From: Octopus vulgaris | Taxonomy: Eukaryota | DNA length: 64,000 nucleotides | Assembly: GCA_951406725.2 (NCBI GenBank) | Contig: OX597826.1 | Location: 53,010,001 to 53,074,000 of the forward strand | Reading direction: 5' to 3' | Shown: positions 12,643 through 24,911 of the stretch, piece after piece | Layout of the letters: the number at the start of each line of letters is the position of its first letter | Numbering within the stretch: position 1 is the stretch's first letter | Made by a program: the position numbers and the translations under genes | Notes under the pieces: model-generated | Told to the model about the DNA's origin: nothing | What the model saw: the letters and a program-made list of their open reading frames with translations, nothing else | The model's database searches: none

Positions 12643-12802
12643 CGGGAAGCTTTATGAAAATAAACAAAAGACGAAGGCAGGTGGAAAACAAACGAACAAT
12701 TGTATTAGTATGGCGCTCAGGAAATATAAATAAAACAAGTCTTTAACGTTTCGAGCCTACGCTCTTCAACAGAAAGATACAGAGAGAGAGAAAAACACAG
12801 AA
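12641..12802 (-). mobile_element. Short HHR-bearing non-autonomous element (family E) in (TA)n
   Basis: Homologous to 49790-49960 and 54985-55135; contains the minimal HHR motif at 12740-12777. Confidence 0.7.
12740..12777 (-). ncRNA. Minimal type I HHR-like motif with CUGUUGA core
   Basis: Minus strand: TCTTT-CTGTTGA-A-GAGC GTAG GCTC-GAAA-CG-TT-AAAGA. Confidence 0.6.
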
Positions 12803-12857
12803 TATATATATATATATATATATATATAACATATAGGCATAATAATATATGTATATA

Positions 12858-14115
12858 TCAGTTTGGTGCGAATGTAATTCCCGATTTAAAGGTCTAAGGT
12901 AAAAATGAATAAGCCAATGATTTTGAAAATATTCATTCATTAACATATTCTCTATTGCTTTCAATAATCTCATTCCATCTTTCAATAACCTTATGTGTCG
13001 CTTGTAAAATTCTGTAGGTTAAGAACCAAAATATGAATCCCACTCATTTGCAATCTCTTCTCTTGTTGTTAACCCAAGTCCATCAAAATGGTTCTGGAGT
13101 CCTCGGAACAAATGGTAATCAGAAGGAGCAAGGTCAAGAGAATATGGATGATGAGGCAGTATTTTCCAACCAAGTTCTTCCAAGAGAGTTTTGGTAAGTC
13201 GAGCTGTGTGAGGACGAGCATTATCGTGATGGAAGATGACATCCTTTCTGTTAACCAAAGATGCTCGCTTTTGGCTCAGAACTTTTTTCAAACGACGAAG
13301 TTGCTCACAGTAAAGATTAGCATTGATTGTTTGGTTGTGGTCCAACAGTTCAAAATGGATTACGCCTTTAATATCCCAACATACACCTTCTTTGTATGAA
13401 GTCCTGCTCTCGATTACTGAACTGGCCGCCCTACTCGACTGATCCGAGAACGGCAGCGTTTAACATTATGGTAAAGAATCCACTTCTCATCACCTGTAAA
13501 AAGCCGGTCTAAAAATGGGGCTTGAGAGTATCACGAAAGCAACGATTGACAACAAGCAGCACGCTGTTCTTGATTCCCTGGAGACAGCTCGTGAGGCACC
13601 CATTTTCCAGCCACTAAAACCTTTCCAATGTGTTGTAACTGGCGTACCATGGTTTTATAGGCCACGATTAACTGTTCTGCAAGTTCCCTAGTGGTAACGG
13701 TAGCGTTCTACGAAACAAGAGCTTACAGCATCAAGTTTTTTTTTTTGGACGACCCTCTTTTGGCTCTTCTTTCAAAGTGAAATCATCACTTCGAAAACAG
13801 GAAAAACAACCTCCTCCAACTTCTTTCATTCACTACGTCACCCCACAAGTGCACTGAATAGATCTTGCTGCCGCACTTGCATTAACACCTTTATGAAACT
13901 CGTAGAGTAGAACATTTAAAACGTGATCTTTAGATGCAACAAACATAATGGTAAAATTTTCTGAGAATTATGGCCACAAGTTAGATAATCTGAAAGAAAA
14001 TAGTACAAATTAGACACAGAGATATCTTAAAACTATAAAAAGAGGTTAAAAAATTGATAAATTCGCTCTGAAACATTTTTTTCTAGAAATCGGACATTAC
14101 TCTTGCACCAACCTG

Positions 14116-14116
<1 letters not shown>
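12858..14116 (-). mobile_element. Mariner DNA transposon, full-length but inactivated
   Basis: Imperfect ~28-bp TIRs (TCAGTTTGGTGCGAATGTAAT / ATTACTCTTGCACCAACCTGA) flanked by TA. Transposase motifs WVPHEL, TGDEKWILY, HHDNARPH and YSLDLAPSDYHLF, with stops and frameshifts. Confidence 0.9.
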
Positions 14117-14179
<63 letters not shown>

Positions 14180-14181
<2 letters not shown>

Positions 14182-14289
14182 ATTCAAGTCTTTTATGTTT
14201 CGAGCGTACGCTCTTCAATACAAATAAATAAGAGAAAATAAGCACAGAGAACATAAAAAATCGTGTGGATTTAGCAATCAATCATGGCT

Positions 14290-14290
<1 letters not shown>
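14180..14290 (-). mobile_element. Degenerate family E HHR-bearing element
   Basis: Minus strand TTGAAGAGCGTACGCTCGAAACATAAAAGAC retains stem II (GAGC/GCTC) and GAAA; flanked by (TA)n. Confidence 0.5.
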
Positions 14291-14320
<30 letters not shown>

Positions 14321-14446
14321 GTGTGTGTGTGTGTGTGTGTGTATGTGTGTGTATGTGTAGAAGGTTGAAAAAAATCACACGAGTTAGTATATATGGAAAA
14401 AAATGTTAACATAGAAAATGCTAAAATTGTTTTATAAAAAACACTT

Positions 14447-14482
14447 CAGTACCGGTTTCAGTCAGTGAGACTTTTTCAACTG
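14447..14482 (-). ncRNA. Minimal type I HHR with U3:A8 covariant core
   Basis: Minus strand: CAG-TTGAAAA-AGTC TCACT GACT-GAAA-CCGG-TA-CTG; palindromic stem III ACCGGT; GUA site. Confidence 0.7.
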
Positions 14483-14595
14483 TAAGTATGGAAAACAATT
14501 AAATTTTGGAAAAATTAAAAGAAAAGTATTTATTTTAAACAAAATTTGCATGGTATTCAAATACAAGGGGCATTTTCCTTGTTTCTGCCTGTCTA

Positions 14596-14631
14596 CATTT
14601 GAAAAAGTCTCAATGATTGAAACCGGTATTG
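14596..14631 (+). ncRNA. Second-arm copy of the U3:A8 minimal HHR
   Basis: CAT-TTGAAAA-AGTC TCAAT GATT-GAAA-CCGG-TA-TTG; one stem I mismatch and a G.U pair in stem II. Confidence 0.6.
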
Positions 14632-15249
14632 AAATGTTTTTTATAAAATTATTTTAGCATTTTCTACCTTGACTTTTTTCCATATATATATGCTTGAATA
14701 GGGAGGTGCCTATTGTCTTAATGCTTCTTATCTAACACACACACCGGGACGATTGCCACTTATTTGTAATTTATATTTTTTCTTCCGCAATTTTGGTTGC
14801 TTTTGCAACATTGTCAATAGATTTTAATTCTATTCGTTATTGGAGCTGTGTTCTTTTTTGTCTGCTTGTGCGTCAGCGTGCATGTGTGCTTGTGTATGCA
14901 CATATGGATGTATGTTTGTAAGTATGTATATAGGTGTGTGTGCATATATGTATGCGTGTCTGTACGTATGTATGTATTCTGCGTATTCATGCGTTAGCGT
15001 GTGAATGTTTCTGTGTTTGTATGTCTGTGTGTCTGTGTATTTGTGTGTGTATCTCTGTCTCCTTGTGTGTGTGTGTGTTTGAGTGTGTTTATGAGTATGG
15101 GTTTGTGTGATTATATACACGTGCAACTGTTATGTATGGAAGTGTTTCCATGTCATTGTGTGTATATGCCAGTATATATTCGCATGTTTTCTTCTTTTGT
15201 GTGTAGAAGCATATATATATATGCATATACATATACATACATACATACG

Positions 15250-15317
<68 letters not shown>

Positions 15318-15321
15318 TCAG

Positions 15322-15373
<52 letters not shown>

Positions 15374-15374
<1 letters not shown>

Positions 15375-15545
15375 AGGCGCAGGTGTGACTGTATTGTAAA
15401 ACGCTTGTTTCACAAATACACGGTTTCGGGTTCTGTTCCACTGGGTGAAACCTTGGACAAATGTCTCCTACTATAGCAAAAGTGACCAATATAATAAATA
15501 CCAGACTTTTAAAAAATAAGTACCGAGTAGATTTGATCCATTTAG
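15374..15545 (+). mobile_element. SINE family B, partial and diverged
   Basis: GGAGGCGCAGGTGTGACTG head and CCTTGGACAAATGTCTCCTACTATAGC core. Confidence 0.55.
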
Positions 15546-15609
15546 GCTGCAGTCATTCATAAATTATTTTCTATTATATATTATGTGTGTATACATATAG
15601 ATAAATAGT

Positions 15610-15755
15610 GGCACCCCATCGATAACAAGGATGAGTGCTACAGTTGATCCGAAAAGCAAAACAGCTTGCAAATGACTTGCTGAAGGATACTACGCACCGC
15701 CAGGCATCGAACTCACGAACTTACGATCAAGAGCCGAATACCTTAACTACTCGCC
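15610..15755 (-). mobile_element. SINE family C-related fragment
   Basis: CAGTTGATCCGA..AACAGCTTGC matches the family C tail; tRNA-like GAGTTCGATGCC on the minus strand. Confidence 0.5.
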
Positions 15756-16550
15756 TATAAATATAGGTACCTCTATCCATCCATCCATCTAGCCATCTAT
15801 ACATACATACGTGCATGCATATGTGCGTGCGTATGTATGTATGTATGTATGTATGTATGTATGTATGTATGTATGTATGTATGTATGTATGTATATATGT
15901 ATGTACACATACATAGCGGCATTGACATCTTAATATTTATTTGAAAATCTGTGTGGAATTTGTAATCAGAAATATGGATGAATAAAAATTTTATTTTATC
16001 GAAGAGAAAATTGACATTGACCGCTGAGTTAACCCTGCTATTGAATCCATCTGTGAGTGCTGTAATTGTAGTTACTAGTTATATGTCTTGGTCCATTTTG
16101 TTGGTGGCTGATAGTGGGTGACATATTGACTGAGATAAGAGAAGACGTTATGAATAGTATAAGCTGAAATAGGTAAGATCTATGTTTAAAATAAATATTA
16201 AAAGAAGCTAGGAACTTTGTAAGCGTGAAAACAAGAAAACAATTACATGTTGAAAAATGGCTGCAATTCTGATAAGGTGAAGAGCTATTCAAAGCAAAAC
16301 AAAAATAGAATTTCTCAGGCGAATTGAATTCAGAAGCACGGAATGCCCATTATTGGGAGTCTTCAGTTTGCCGTAATAAATCATGCGTGTAAAAATATAA
16401 ACTAACACTTAGCAGGTGTTCTTATTGCTACAGGGGGAAATTCAACACACCATCAACACGCACAGGTATGACGACTCAGATTTACATGTTTCTGTTATAA
16501 TGTACCTACATACGTATACATATATACATACATAAACATATACTTATATA

Positions 16551-16604
<54 letters not shown>

Positions 16605-16748
16605 TATAAATATATAAATATACATATGTATTATACACACATATATACATATATAAACGTCATACGCACACACGTACGCAGATATATACGTACACACAAA
16701 TACATATAAGCGTGTGTGTCTGTCTGCGTGTATGTGTGCGTATGTGTG

Positions 16749-17272
16749 ACCGGAGTATGAGTCTATGTAAATGTGAGGGTCTGGATTTCTGTGTGTGAGT
16801 GACTGTATTTATGTGTGCGTGTGCATAATAAAAGCATACATTAGCATGTATAAACGTATGTATCTATATATATGCATAAATATAAGATCCAGAGATCGAC
16901 GTGTAACGCAGTTGATTATAGATACCTACATTTATACATGCGTATGTAGGCTTCTTTTATGCACACATAAATATTCACACACGCATAGAAATCCAGATAC
17001 TCACACTTACTTAGACTCATGCTTAGACTACATACCTATATCCATGTGTACAAGAGCGCTTACATACAAACGAATACATTTTTGCAAACTCTTACAGCTG
17101 CAGATAGAAACAGATACTGTTTCTATCTGCAGCTGTACGCACGCACACATAAATACACACATAAATACACACGCACACATAAATACACACATAAATACAC
17201 ACGCACACATAAATACAGTCACTCACACACAGAAATCCAGACACTCACATTTACATAGACTCATACTCCGGT
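16749..17272. repeat. Local inverted duplication with an internal perfect hairpin
   Basis: 16749-16822 is nearly the exact reverse complement of ~17199-17272. A perfect 21-bp stem lies at 17093-17113/17117-17137. Confidence 0.75.
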
Positions 17273-17352
17273 ATTTATATCCATGACATACAAATGATAT
17301 ATTTACAAATTTATACAGCTACAGATAGAAACAAACCTCTTCGAGCACTAGT

Positions 17353-17375
<23 letters not shown>

Positions 17376-17383
<8 letters not shown>

Positions 17384-18092
17384 AATATGTTACATTACTC
17401 GGTAGTCAAGATAAAACTCTGAGTTTCAGATGCCGAAGTGGAAATCCACCACACCATCTCATCGGTTATTTGGCTATTTGAAAACGCTAGGAAAAAATAC
17501 CGTTAAATAAAGGGAAATTACTCTGTTATAACTCTGTTTGTGTGCGTACTTATACATCGCTCGCATTTTTCGTCATAAAAATTATATAAAAATACATAAA
17601 AAATATATAAAAATATATAAAAAATATATAAACATATATAAATTCTTCTTGGGACATAACATGGAAAGCATGTTCTATCTGTTTTCTTTAGGGGACCAAA
17701 AACGTAACAGAAATTTAGTCACAGATAGAACATGCTTTCTATGTTATGTCCCAAGAAGAATTTATATATTTTTATATATTTTTTATATTTTTTATATATT
17801 TTTTATGTATTTTTATATAATTTTTATGACGAAAAATGCGAGCGATGTATAAGTACGCAGGCAAACAGAGTTATAACAGAGTAATTTCCCTTTATTTAAC
17901 GGTATTTTTTCCTAGCGTTTTCAAATAGCCTGATAACCGATGAGATGGTGTTGTGGATTTCCACTTCGGCATCTGAAACTCAGAGTTTTATCTTGACTAC
18001 CGAGTAATGTAACATATTATTGTATAGATAAATTTCCTCTATTTACATAATATTGAGGTCTCTTTCTTTCTTTTGTTATCTTACCGTTTTAT

Positions 18093-18094
<2 letters not shown>
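17376..18094. mobile_element. Long palindromic element (arms ~306 bp, 38-nt spacer) with an HHR-like motif in each arm and a ~68-nt tail, in (TA)n
   Basis: 17376-17682 is the reverse complement of 17721-18026 with only a handful of mismatches; unpaired tail 18027-18094. Confidence 0.85.
17932..17992 (+). ncRNA. Type I HHR-like motif (CCGAUGA core); mirror copy at 17410-17470 on the minus strand
   Basis: GATAA-CCGATGA-GATG..CATC-T-GAAA-CTC A GAG-TT-TTATC; 5-bp stem I and near-palindromic stem III. Confidence 0.6.
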
Positions 18095-18141
<47 letters not shown>

Positions 18142-18499
18142 GGCGAGTGCATGTGTATGTGTTTGTGTACATATACATATATGCAGGTATCGCTATACGC
18201 ATGCACTCATATAAGAAGCCATGCACATATAGAGAGATAAGCATCGATATATACGTGCATAGACTCATACATACATGATCATTCACTTATATATGCACGC
18301 ATGTAGCCATGTACATACATGCATAAAAGCCACTCACGCACGCGCTCGTACACACACACACATATAAACACTATGTATGTTACAATTCGTAATTCCAGTC
18401 CCATCTTCACCCCTCTTTATATTCTTCCAGACTAACGTATCTACGCGTATATATAAGTTCTTGTTTATATATGTATGTGTGTGTGTATATATATATATG

Positions 18500-18546
<47 letters not shown>

Positions 18547-18687
18547 ATATATATATATATATGTATACGTATACGTATATACGTAAACACACACACATAT
18601 TTACGTATGTATGTATATACATATATAGATATAGTTTATATCTAGTTAAAAGAAGAAAAGAAAATGGATATGTATATGTGTGCGTAT

Positions 18688-18778
<91 letters not shown>

Positions 18779-18804
18779 CATGCATACATACATACATACA
18801 TACA

Positions 18805-18838
<34 letters not shown>

Positions 18839-18850
18839 CATACATACATA

Positions 18851-20096
18851 TTGAGTCATCCCATAAATAATGCGGTTTTTCTAATTGCAGGAACTAAAAG
18901 TCGGTGAGGGACGGAATGAATTACTTGCATCAACTTCCTATAAAATCAGGTGGTAATTTTATCTTGCCCGTATTCTTAGTACTTTTTTCCTAGTGAAGAG
19001 TGCAGTTCGATTACAACAGTTATATTTTCAAAGTTATAATGGAAGTGACAAAGGAGCATATTCGGCATAGTTTGCCTTATGAGTTCAATAACTGCAACAA
19101 TGCAACAGATAGTGCAAGGAATATTAATGCAGTTTTTGAGGACCGCACAATAAGCGTAAGCCAGTGTCAACAGCGATTCCAGAAATCCGAGCCGGAAACT
19201 ATAGCCTGGAAGACGAGCCTCGTCTTGGAAGATTTGAAGAGCTCGCCGAGGACGTCCTACAAACCCTGGTGGATCAAAATCCTATCGTAACTGTTGGGGA
19301 ACTTGCAGAGAAGCTTGGATTTGGTCATTCAGTCATTCCAGCTAGCGCTAGAAGATAAACGACTATCGTTGGTTTCAAGATGAAAGGTGCTCTTCCATCA
19401 TGGCCACACGCAGCAAAGATGGCATTCCAAAGGCTGAAGTAGTTTGAATGGGAAACGATGCTCCACCCATCACATTCGCCGTACATTGCTCCATCTGATT
19501 ATCATTTATCCTGCAGTCTTCAGGATCATTTGGACGGAAAAAATATTAATGCTATAGACGAGGTCTGAACAGTACTGTAAGGGTATTTTTCCGTGACGGA
19601 CAAGTGAATTTTGGAAGAAGGGCCTTGCACGTCTACCAGATAGATGGATGAGTATTGTAGAGAATGAAGGAGAGTATGGTGACCCCCTTCCGTCAGACAC
19701 TGACCATGGGTTTGCACCTAGAGAGTTACCCTCTAAGGCACAAGTCTGGGCAAGGTTGTTTTTTTTTATGGAAGACCAGCAGTCGCCCATGCATACCGGC
19801 CTCCCCTCTCCACGTCACCGATGTTGTCCAAGGGAAAGGCAAGGGCCGATACACCTTGGCACCTGTGACGTCGCAACTCATTTCTACAGCTGAGTGAACT
19901 GGAGCAACGTGAAATAAAGTGTCTTGCTCAAGAACACAACACGCAGCCCGGACCGGGATTCGAGCTCACAACCTCACGATCGTAAGCTCGACGCTCTAAC
20001 CAAGGAGAGTATATTTATACTAAAAAAGAACTTTGTTTATCTTAATTTTTAAAAAAATAGAAGAAACAAAACCGCAATATTTATGGGATGACCCAA
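18851..20096 (+). mobile_element. Mariner DNA transposon with internal deletion, interrupted by a SINE
   Basis: TIRs TTGAGTCATCCCATAAATAATGCGGTTTT / AAAACCGCAATATTTATGGGATGACCCAA with TA flanks. Transposase remnants MEVTKEHIRH, SLEDEPRLGR and IAPSDYHL. Confidence 0.9.
19678..20001 (-). mobile_element. tRNA-derived SINE (family D) nested in the mariner, with 11-bp TSD
   Basis: TSD AAGGAGAGTAT at 19667-19677 and 20002-20012. Minus-strand head GGTTAGAGCG..GAGCTCGAATCCC and core TTCTTGAGCAAGACACTT. Confidence 0.85.
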
Positions 20097-20122
20097 TATA
20101 TATATATATATATATATACACG

Positions 20123-20164
<42 letters not shown>

Positions 20165-20215
20165 GTATGTTGTATGTATATATGCATATATATATATATG
20201 TATGTATGTATATAA

Positions 20216-20264
<49 letters not shown>

Positions 20265-20265
20265 T

Positions 20266-20341
<76 letters not shown>

Positions 20342-20699
20342 GAGAGGGGAGAGACAGACGAAGGAAGAGAGTGAGAGAGAGAGAGATGCATAATCATATG
20401 CATATAATAAATAATAATTATATCATTGCTCTTGCAGCCATCCATGAGACCGTGGACCAAGTCCTGGATGAAGAATTTGGAAATCAATTTTACATCATTT
20501 GAGCACTACTATGCATTTTCTATATTGAGCAAAGCTAGCACCCACCTTTCAACTGTATACATACATTCAAACGCTTACATAAGTATATACATGCATACGA
20601 TCATATGTATATATATATATATGCGCATATGTTTATATTTATATATATATATATACATACATATATATATACATATATATACATAAGTATATATAAATT

Positions 20700-20840
20700 G
20701 AATAATGGTAGAAATTGATATTAATCAATTAAAACCAGTGGCCTAGCATATTAAAAAAATCCGAAGATTAAAATATTTTTACATACAAAATTTAAAGGAC
20801 TGACCATTAAAAGTAGACAGTCAACATGCTAGATATAGAT
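20700..20840. repeat. Dispersed repeat adjacent to (TA)n, related to 56740-56875
   Basis: AAATTGATATTAATCAATTAAAACCAGTGGCCTAGCATATTAAAAAA resembles AAATTGATGTTATCAATTTAACTCCAGTGGTCTAGCTTATCAAAAAA. Confidence 0.5.
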
Positions 20841-21271
20841 GTCAAAATCGCTATTTTCCACGAAGAATGTATTCTCAAATAAAAACTCAGCACAGACCAA
20901 AGCGTTAATAATAAGCAAGACAAATGAAAATATACGAAATAATAACGATTCGGTACATAGGTAATCGTTATTATTTCGTATATTTTCATTTGTCTTTATC
21001 TATGTGTACAAGTGCACTTACATACATACGGATGCATATTTGCAAATTCATACAGCTGCAGCCAGAAACAGACCTCCAGCTATCGTAAGAATACATAAAT
21101 ATGTATGTGTGTTTTTTGTTTGGTGGGGTGGGGGGGATTTGTGTGTGCATGTGCCTGTGTACATATACATATATCCATATATACATACACACAGATACAT
21201 TTATAATAAGAACATATACATATATAGATACAGATATGCATCTATATATAGGTTTATAGACACACACACAC

Positions 21272-21325
<54 letters not shown>

Positions 21326-21629
21326 CTATAATATAAATAATATATATATGCATTTATATACATGCATATATGTACATACTTATATTTATATGTATATACA
21401 CATATATAATGATACAGGACGTCATAGAACGTAAACAACATGAAATACGAAAATATGGAATACGAACTTTTTTGTGAACAACGAAAGAAACAAATGGAAA
21501 ACAAGACAAGCAACATAAAGAACGACCCTTCATCAGTTGTAGGCTGGTTTATCTGCTCCACATTTCGAGCATTTACGACAAGATGTGCCTTCGTAAAAAC
21601 AGTTGCACCCGCAAAATAGTTGCTCCTGC

Positions 21630-21850
21630 CGTTTGGCTCGGCTTGAATAATCCATCTTGCAATTCAGTCTTGTAGTACCGGAGCTGTGACCTTTTAATGC
21701 GGAGAAATTGGCTTGACCAAGAGAGACTTCACGTTAAAGCTTGGTGCCGCCTTGTAACATTACACCACAGATGCTTCGGAAGAATCTCATTTCAGCCGCT
21801 GTATTCGCGATCGTACTCATTCGGTCATTATCCAACATTTAATAAGCATA
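21630..21850 (-). mobile_element. RTE-type LINE C-terminal fragment
   Basis: Minus strand reads AAEMRFFRSICGV and LRIKRSQLRYY, typical of the RTE RT thumb region. Confidence 0.55.
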
Positions 21851-22779
21851 GGTGAGAATACACACAAAAACTGATAAAACCTCTTTATAAGACGCTCATG
21901 CGCGCGCACACATATACAGAGAGAGAGGGAGAAATTTATATGTATATACACTCATACATATACACGTACGTACATACATACATACATACATGCATGCATA
22001 CATACATACATACATACATACATACATACATACATACATACATACATACATACATACATACATACATACATACGTACTACATACATACATACGTACATTT
22101 CCATACATATATATATACAAATATTTAGCGGGAAAATGTAAAATAATATACGAAAATCTAAAGTATACGAACATTTAGGTGCTGGTACGGCTGTGTGGTA
22201 AGAAGTTTGCTTACCGACCACATGGTTTCGAATTAAAATAAATTACTTGGAAATTCCTTAAGCATGAAAATGGACGTTAAAAAAATAAGAACACAATTTT
22301 GTGTGCTTGATGTTAATATGCACAAAACGTGTTGTAGACTTATGATCTGCACATGATCAGACGTGCACATATTGTCATCCACTAAGAGACATGCTCAAGG
22401 GGTTAAGATCAAGCAACTGACAAGCAAATTTTATGGTATTGAGCGCAATATTTACTCTAGCGATATTTCTGCTTCGGCAACTCGGTACTGAATCTGTCTG
22501 AAATGTACTGGAAAATAGATCCGTTTCAAAACATTGATCTCCAGGTCACAAAAGCAGAGTTTGAAGGGTAGAGTAGTCATTTCTTTTGATTTGTGGATAA
22601 AAGTAAATAGAAAATAACACTTTCTGACCAAAGGCAAGAAAAAATTAAAATTTTGTCTCACAGTGTTATATTATCCGGAGAAGATATTAGGCTTTGCAAT
22701 AGTGAATGTTTTGAAGATTTATATTTACATATAGTAGCCTGTTCAGAGTTGTGACCAGATATGGTTGGTTCAAAGAAGC

Positions 22780-23000
22780 AAATTTCAAAATAATCTAAGA
22801 TAAATAACTGATATTTATATTGGTTTTATAAGGGTGCTCTGATTAATATTATGGGGCATATTTCTATACTTTAAGTGCCACACAGCCAGATAAGTTGTGG
22901 AAGAGATATATGTATTGATGGTAGCAGATTTTTAACTAAGAGGCTGTTAAACATATACGCGATGTCGAAGATTGAATTGTTGTATCGGTGATTAGTATTG
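22780..23000 (-). mobile_element. Highly decayed Penelope GIY-YIG fragment
   Basis: Minus strand STTYLAVWHLKYRNMPHNIN parallels QTSVNKLIWSINDRNKNYTISW of the 9752 ORF. Confidence 0.4.
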
Positions 23001-23319
23001 CGCTTTACACTAGCTAGATGCTAGACGGTTGTCATTTAATGAATAAGATGAGGTTTGTTGAAATTGCACCTGGTTGAATATGATGTTTGATTTTGGTTGT
23101 TAAATTTTGAGAATTTTGTACGGTTACCATTGGCTATTGCATAGTTACGATATTTTGATGTTAATTAAACTAACCTATGATATTTATAATTAAGAATGTT
23201 TCATAGATTTTAAACGACTGATTAACCACTGGTGAGTAATCTTGAGAATTAGAAGAGAAAATAAACCATATAATTATAAACCTACTTTGTACTTTTCTTT
23301 TTCAATATGTGTTGTGCTT

Positions 23320-23966
23320 AGGTGGCGAGCTGGCAGAAACGTTAGCACGTCGGACGAAATGCTTAGCGGTGTTTCGTCTGCTGCTACGTTCTGAGTTCAA
23401 ATTCCGCCGAGGTCGACTGTGTTTATCCCCTTGTGGGTAGTAAAGAAATAGGTATTTCGTCTGCCGAAGTTGGTGAGCTGACAGAATCGTTTGTCTGTCC
23501 TTGTTTGTCGATAAAATGAAGGAACCGTCTTGTAGGTATTAAAGAAATAGGTATTTCGTCTGCCGCTACGTTCTGAGTTCAAATTCCGCCGAGGTCGACT
23601 TTGCCTTTCATCCTTTCGGGGTCGATTAAATAAGTACCAGTTACGCACTGGGGTCGATATAATCGACTTAATCCGTTTGTCTGTCCTTGCTTGTCCCCTC
23701 TGTGTTTATCCCCTTGTGGGTAGTAAAGAAATAGGTATTTCGTCTGCCGAAGGCGGTGAGCTGACAGAATCGTTAGCACGCCGGGCGAAATTGCTTAGCG
23801 GTATTTCGCCTGTCTTTACGTTCTGAGTTTAAATTCCGCCGAGGTCGAGTTTGCCTTTCATCCTTTTAGGGTCGATAAATTAAGTATCAGTTGTGTACTA
23901 GGCTCGATCTAATCGACTGGCCCCCTCGCCCAAAATTTTGGGCCTTGTGCTTAGAGTAGAAAAGAA
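23320..23966 (+). mobile_element. Cluster of rearranged tRNA-derived SINE family A copies
   Basis: GGCGAGCTGGCAGAA A-box head, GAGTTCAAATTCC B box and GACTTTGCCTTTCATCCTTTCGGGGTCGA core, repeated three times with internal duplications. Confidence 0.85.
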
Positions 23967-24911
23967 TATGTGTCACACTTGCACATGTATTGTACATGTA
24001 ATTATATGTACTTGTATATTCATTGTTAATGTATTTTGTTGTAAATGTAATGTATATGTATTCTTAAGTGTGTTGTATATGGACTTGTATATGTATTTGT
24101 TGTAAATGTATTGTATATGTACTTATTGCACATATACTCGATATGCATTCATTATATTTGTATTGCATATCTACTTGCTGTATATGTATTGCACTTTATC
24201 GTTATATCTTGTCCTTTTATAAAGCTTCCTTATTGTATGTAGATATTTCATGGAACACAGATTCGTCAAAAGCTAGGTTTTAGATCTTTAATCAAATACA
24301 GTCTTAAATAGGTTTTATTAATCTCTGATGAAAGTTAGAGAATTTCTGTTTGTATTTAAATTTATCGTTCACACTTTTAAGAATTTATGAAAAGTAACCT
24401 GACGAAGTAGACTGACAATAACTAGTATCTCCTACACTAGTTATAAATAAATGTGACTATCTCAGATCTTTTCATACTGGAACATCAAAAACCGAAACAA
24501 ATAGCCTGGAAGACAAAGTTACAGGAAAAGTACAAAAGTAAAAATATATCTTTCAATTCTTAATGAAATCAATAAATAAAAGATAGAGCTGGAAGCAAAA
24601 TATGGAAAGAGACAGTTACTACAGAAATCTAAGATAGCAAAAAAAAATGAGGCGAAATAAAATAACTACTGTAAACGAGTTCCTGTTTAACTCACAAAAC
24701 GGCTTTCATCATAAAAATATTCTTAGAACAAATTCTTTGAAGATGAAAATGATTCTTTAATCAAAAGAAAATGCTCAGCTCCTGCCCAAAACAATTTTCA
24801 AGAAATAATAATAAAATAAAATAGAAATCAGTGTAGCAACAGCTGAAGAAGAATCCTGTGGAAGCGTAATGCCAGCAAAAGAATTATTACTATTGACTAC
24901 AATGGACGATA

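Larger units (their letters stand above)
14388..14830. mobile_element. Palindromic element (arms ~95 bp) with an HHR in each arm, plus one-sided tail
   Basis: 14388-14483 is the reverse complement of ~14594-14688, with a ~110-nt spacer; the tail runs to ~14830. Confidence 0.7.

Noticed and set aside
21515-21600. Minus-strand GCTCGAAA and CTGATGA as an HHR
   Set aside because: The order and pairing do not give a consistent three-way junction; at best it is a heavily decayed relic.
24321-24420. CTGATGA (24325) and CTGACGA (24399) as hammerhead cores
   Set aside because: No correctly placed GAAA, stem III or stem I partner was found.
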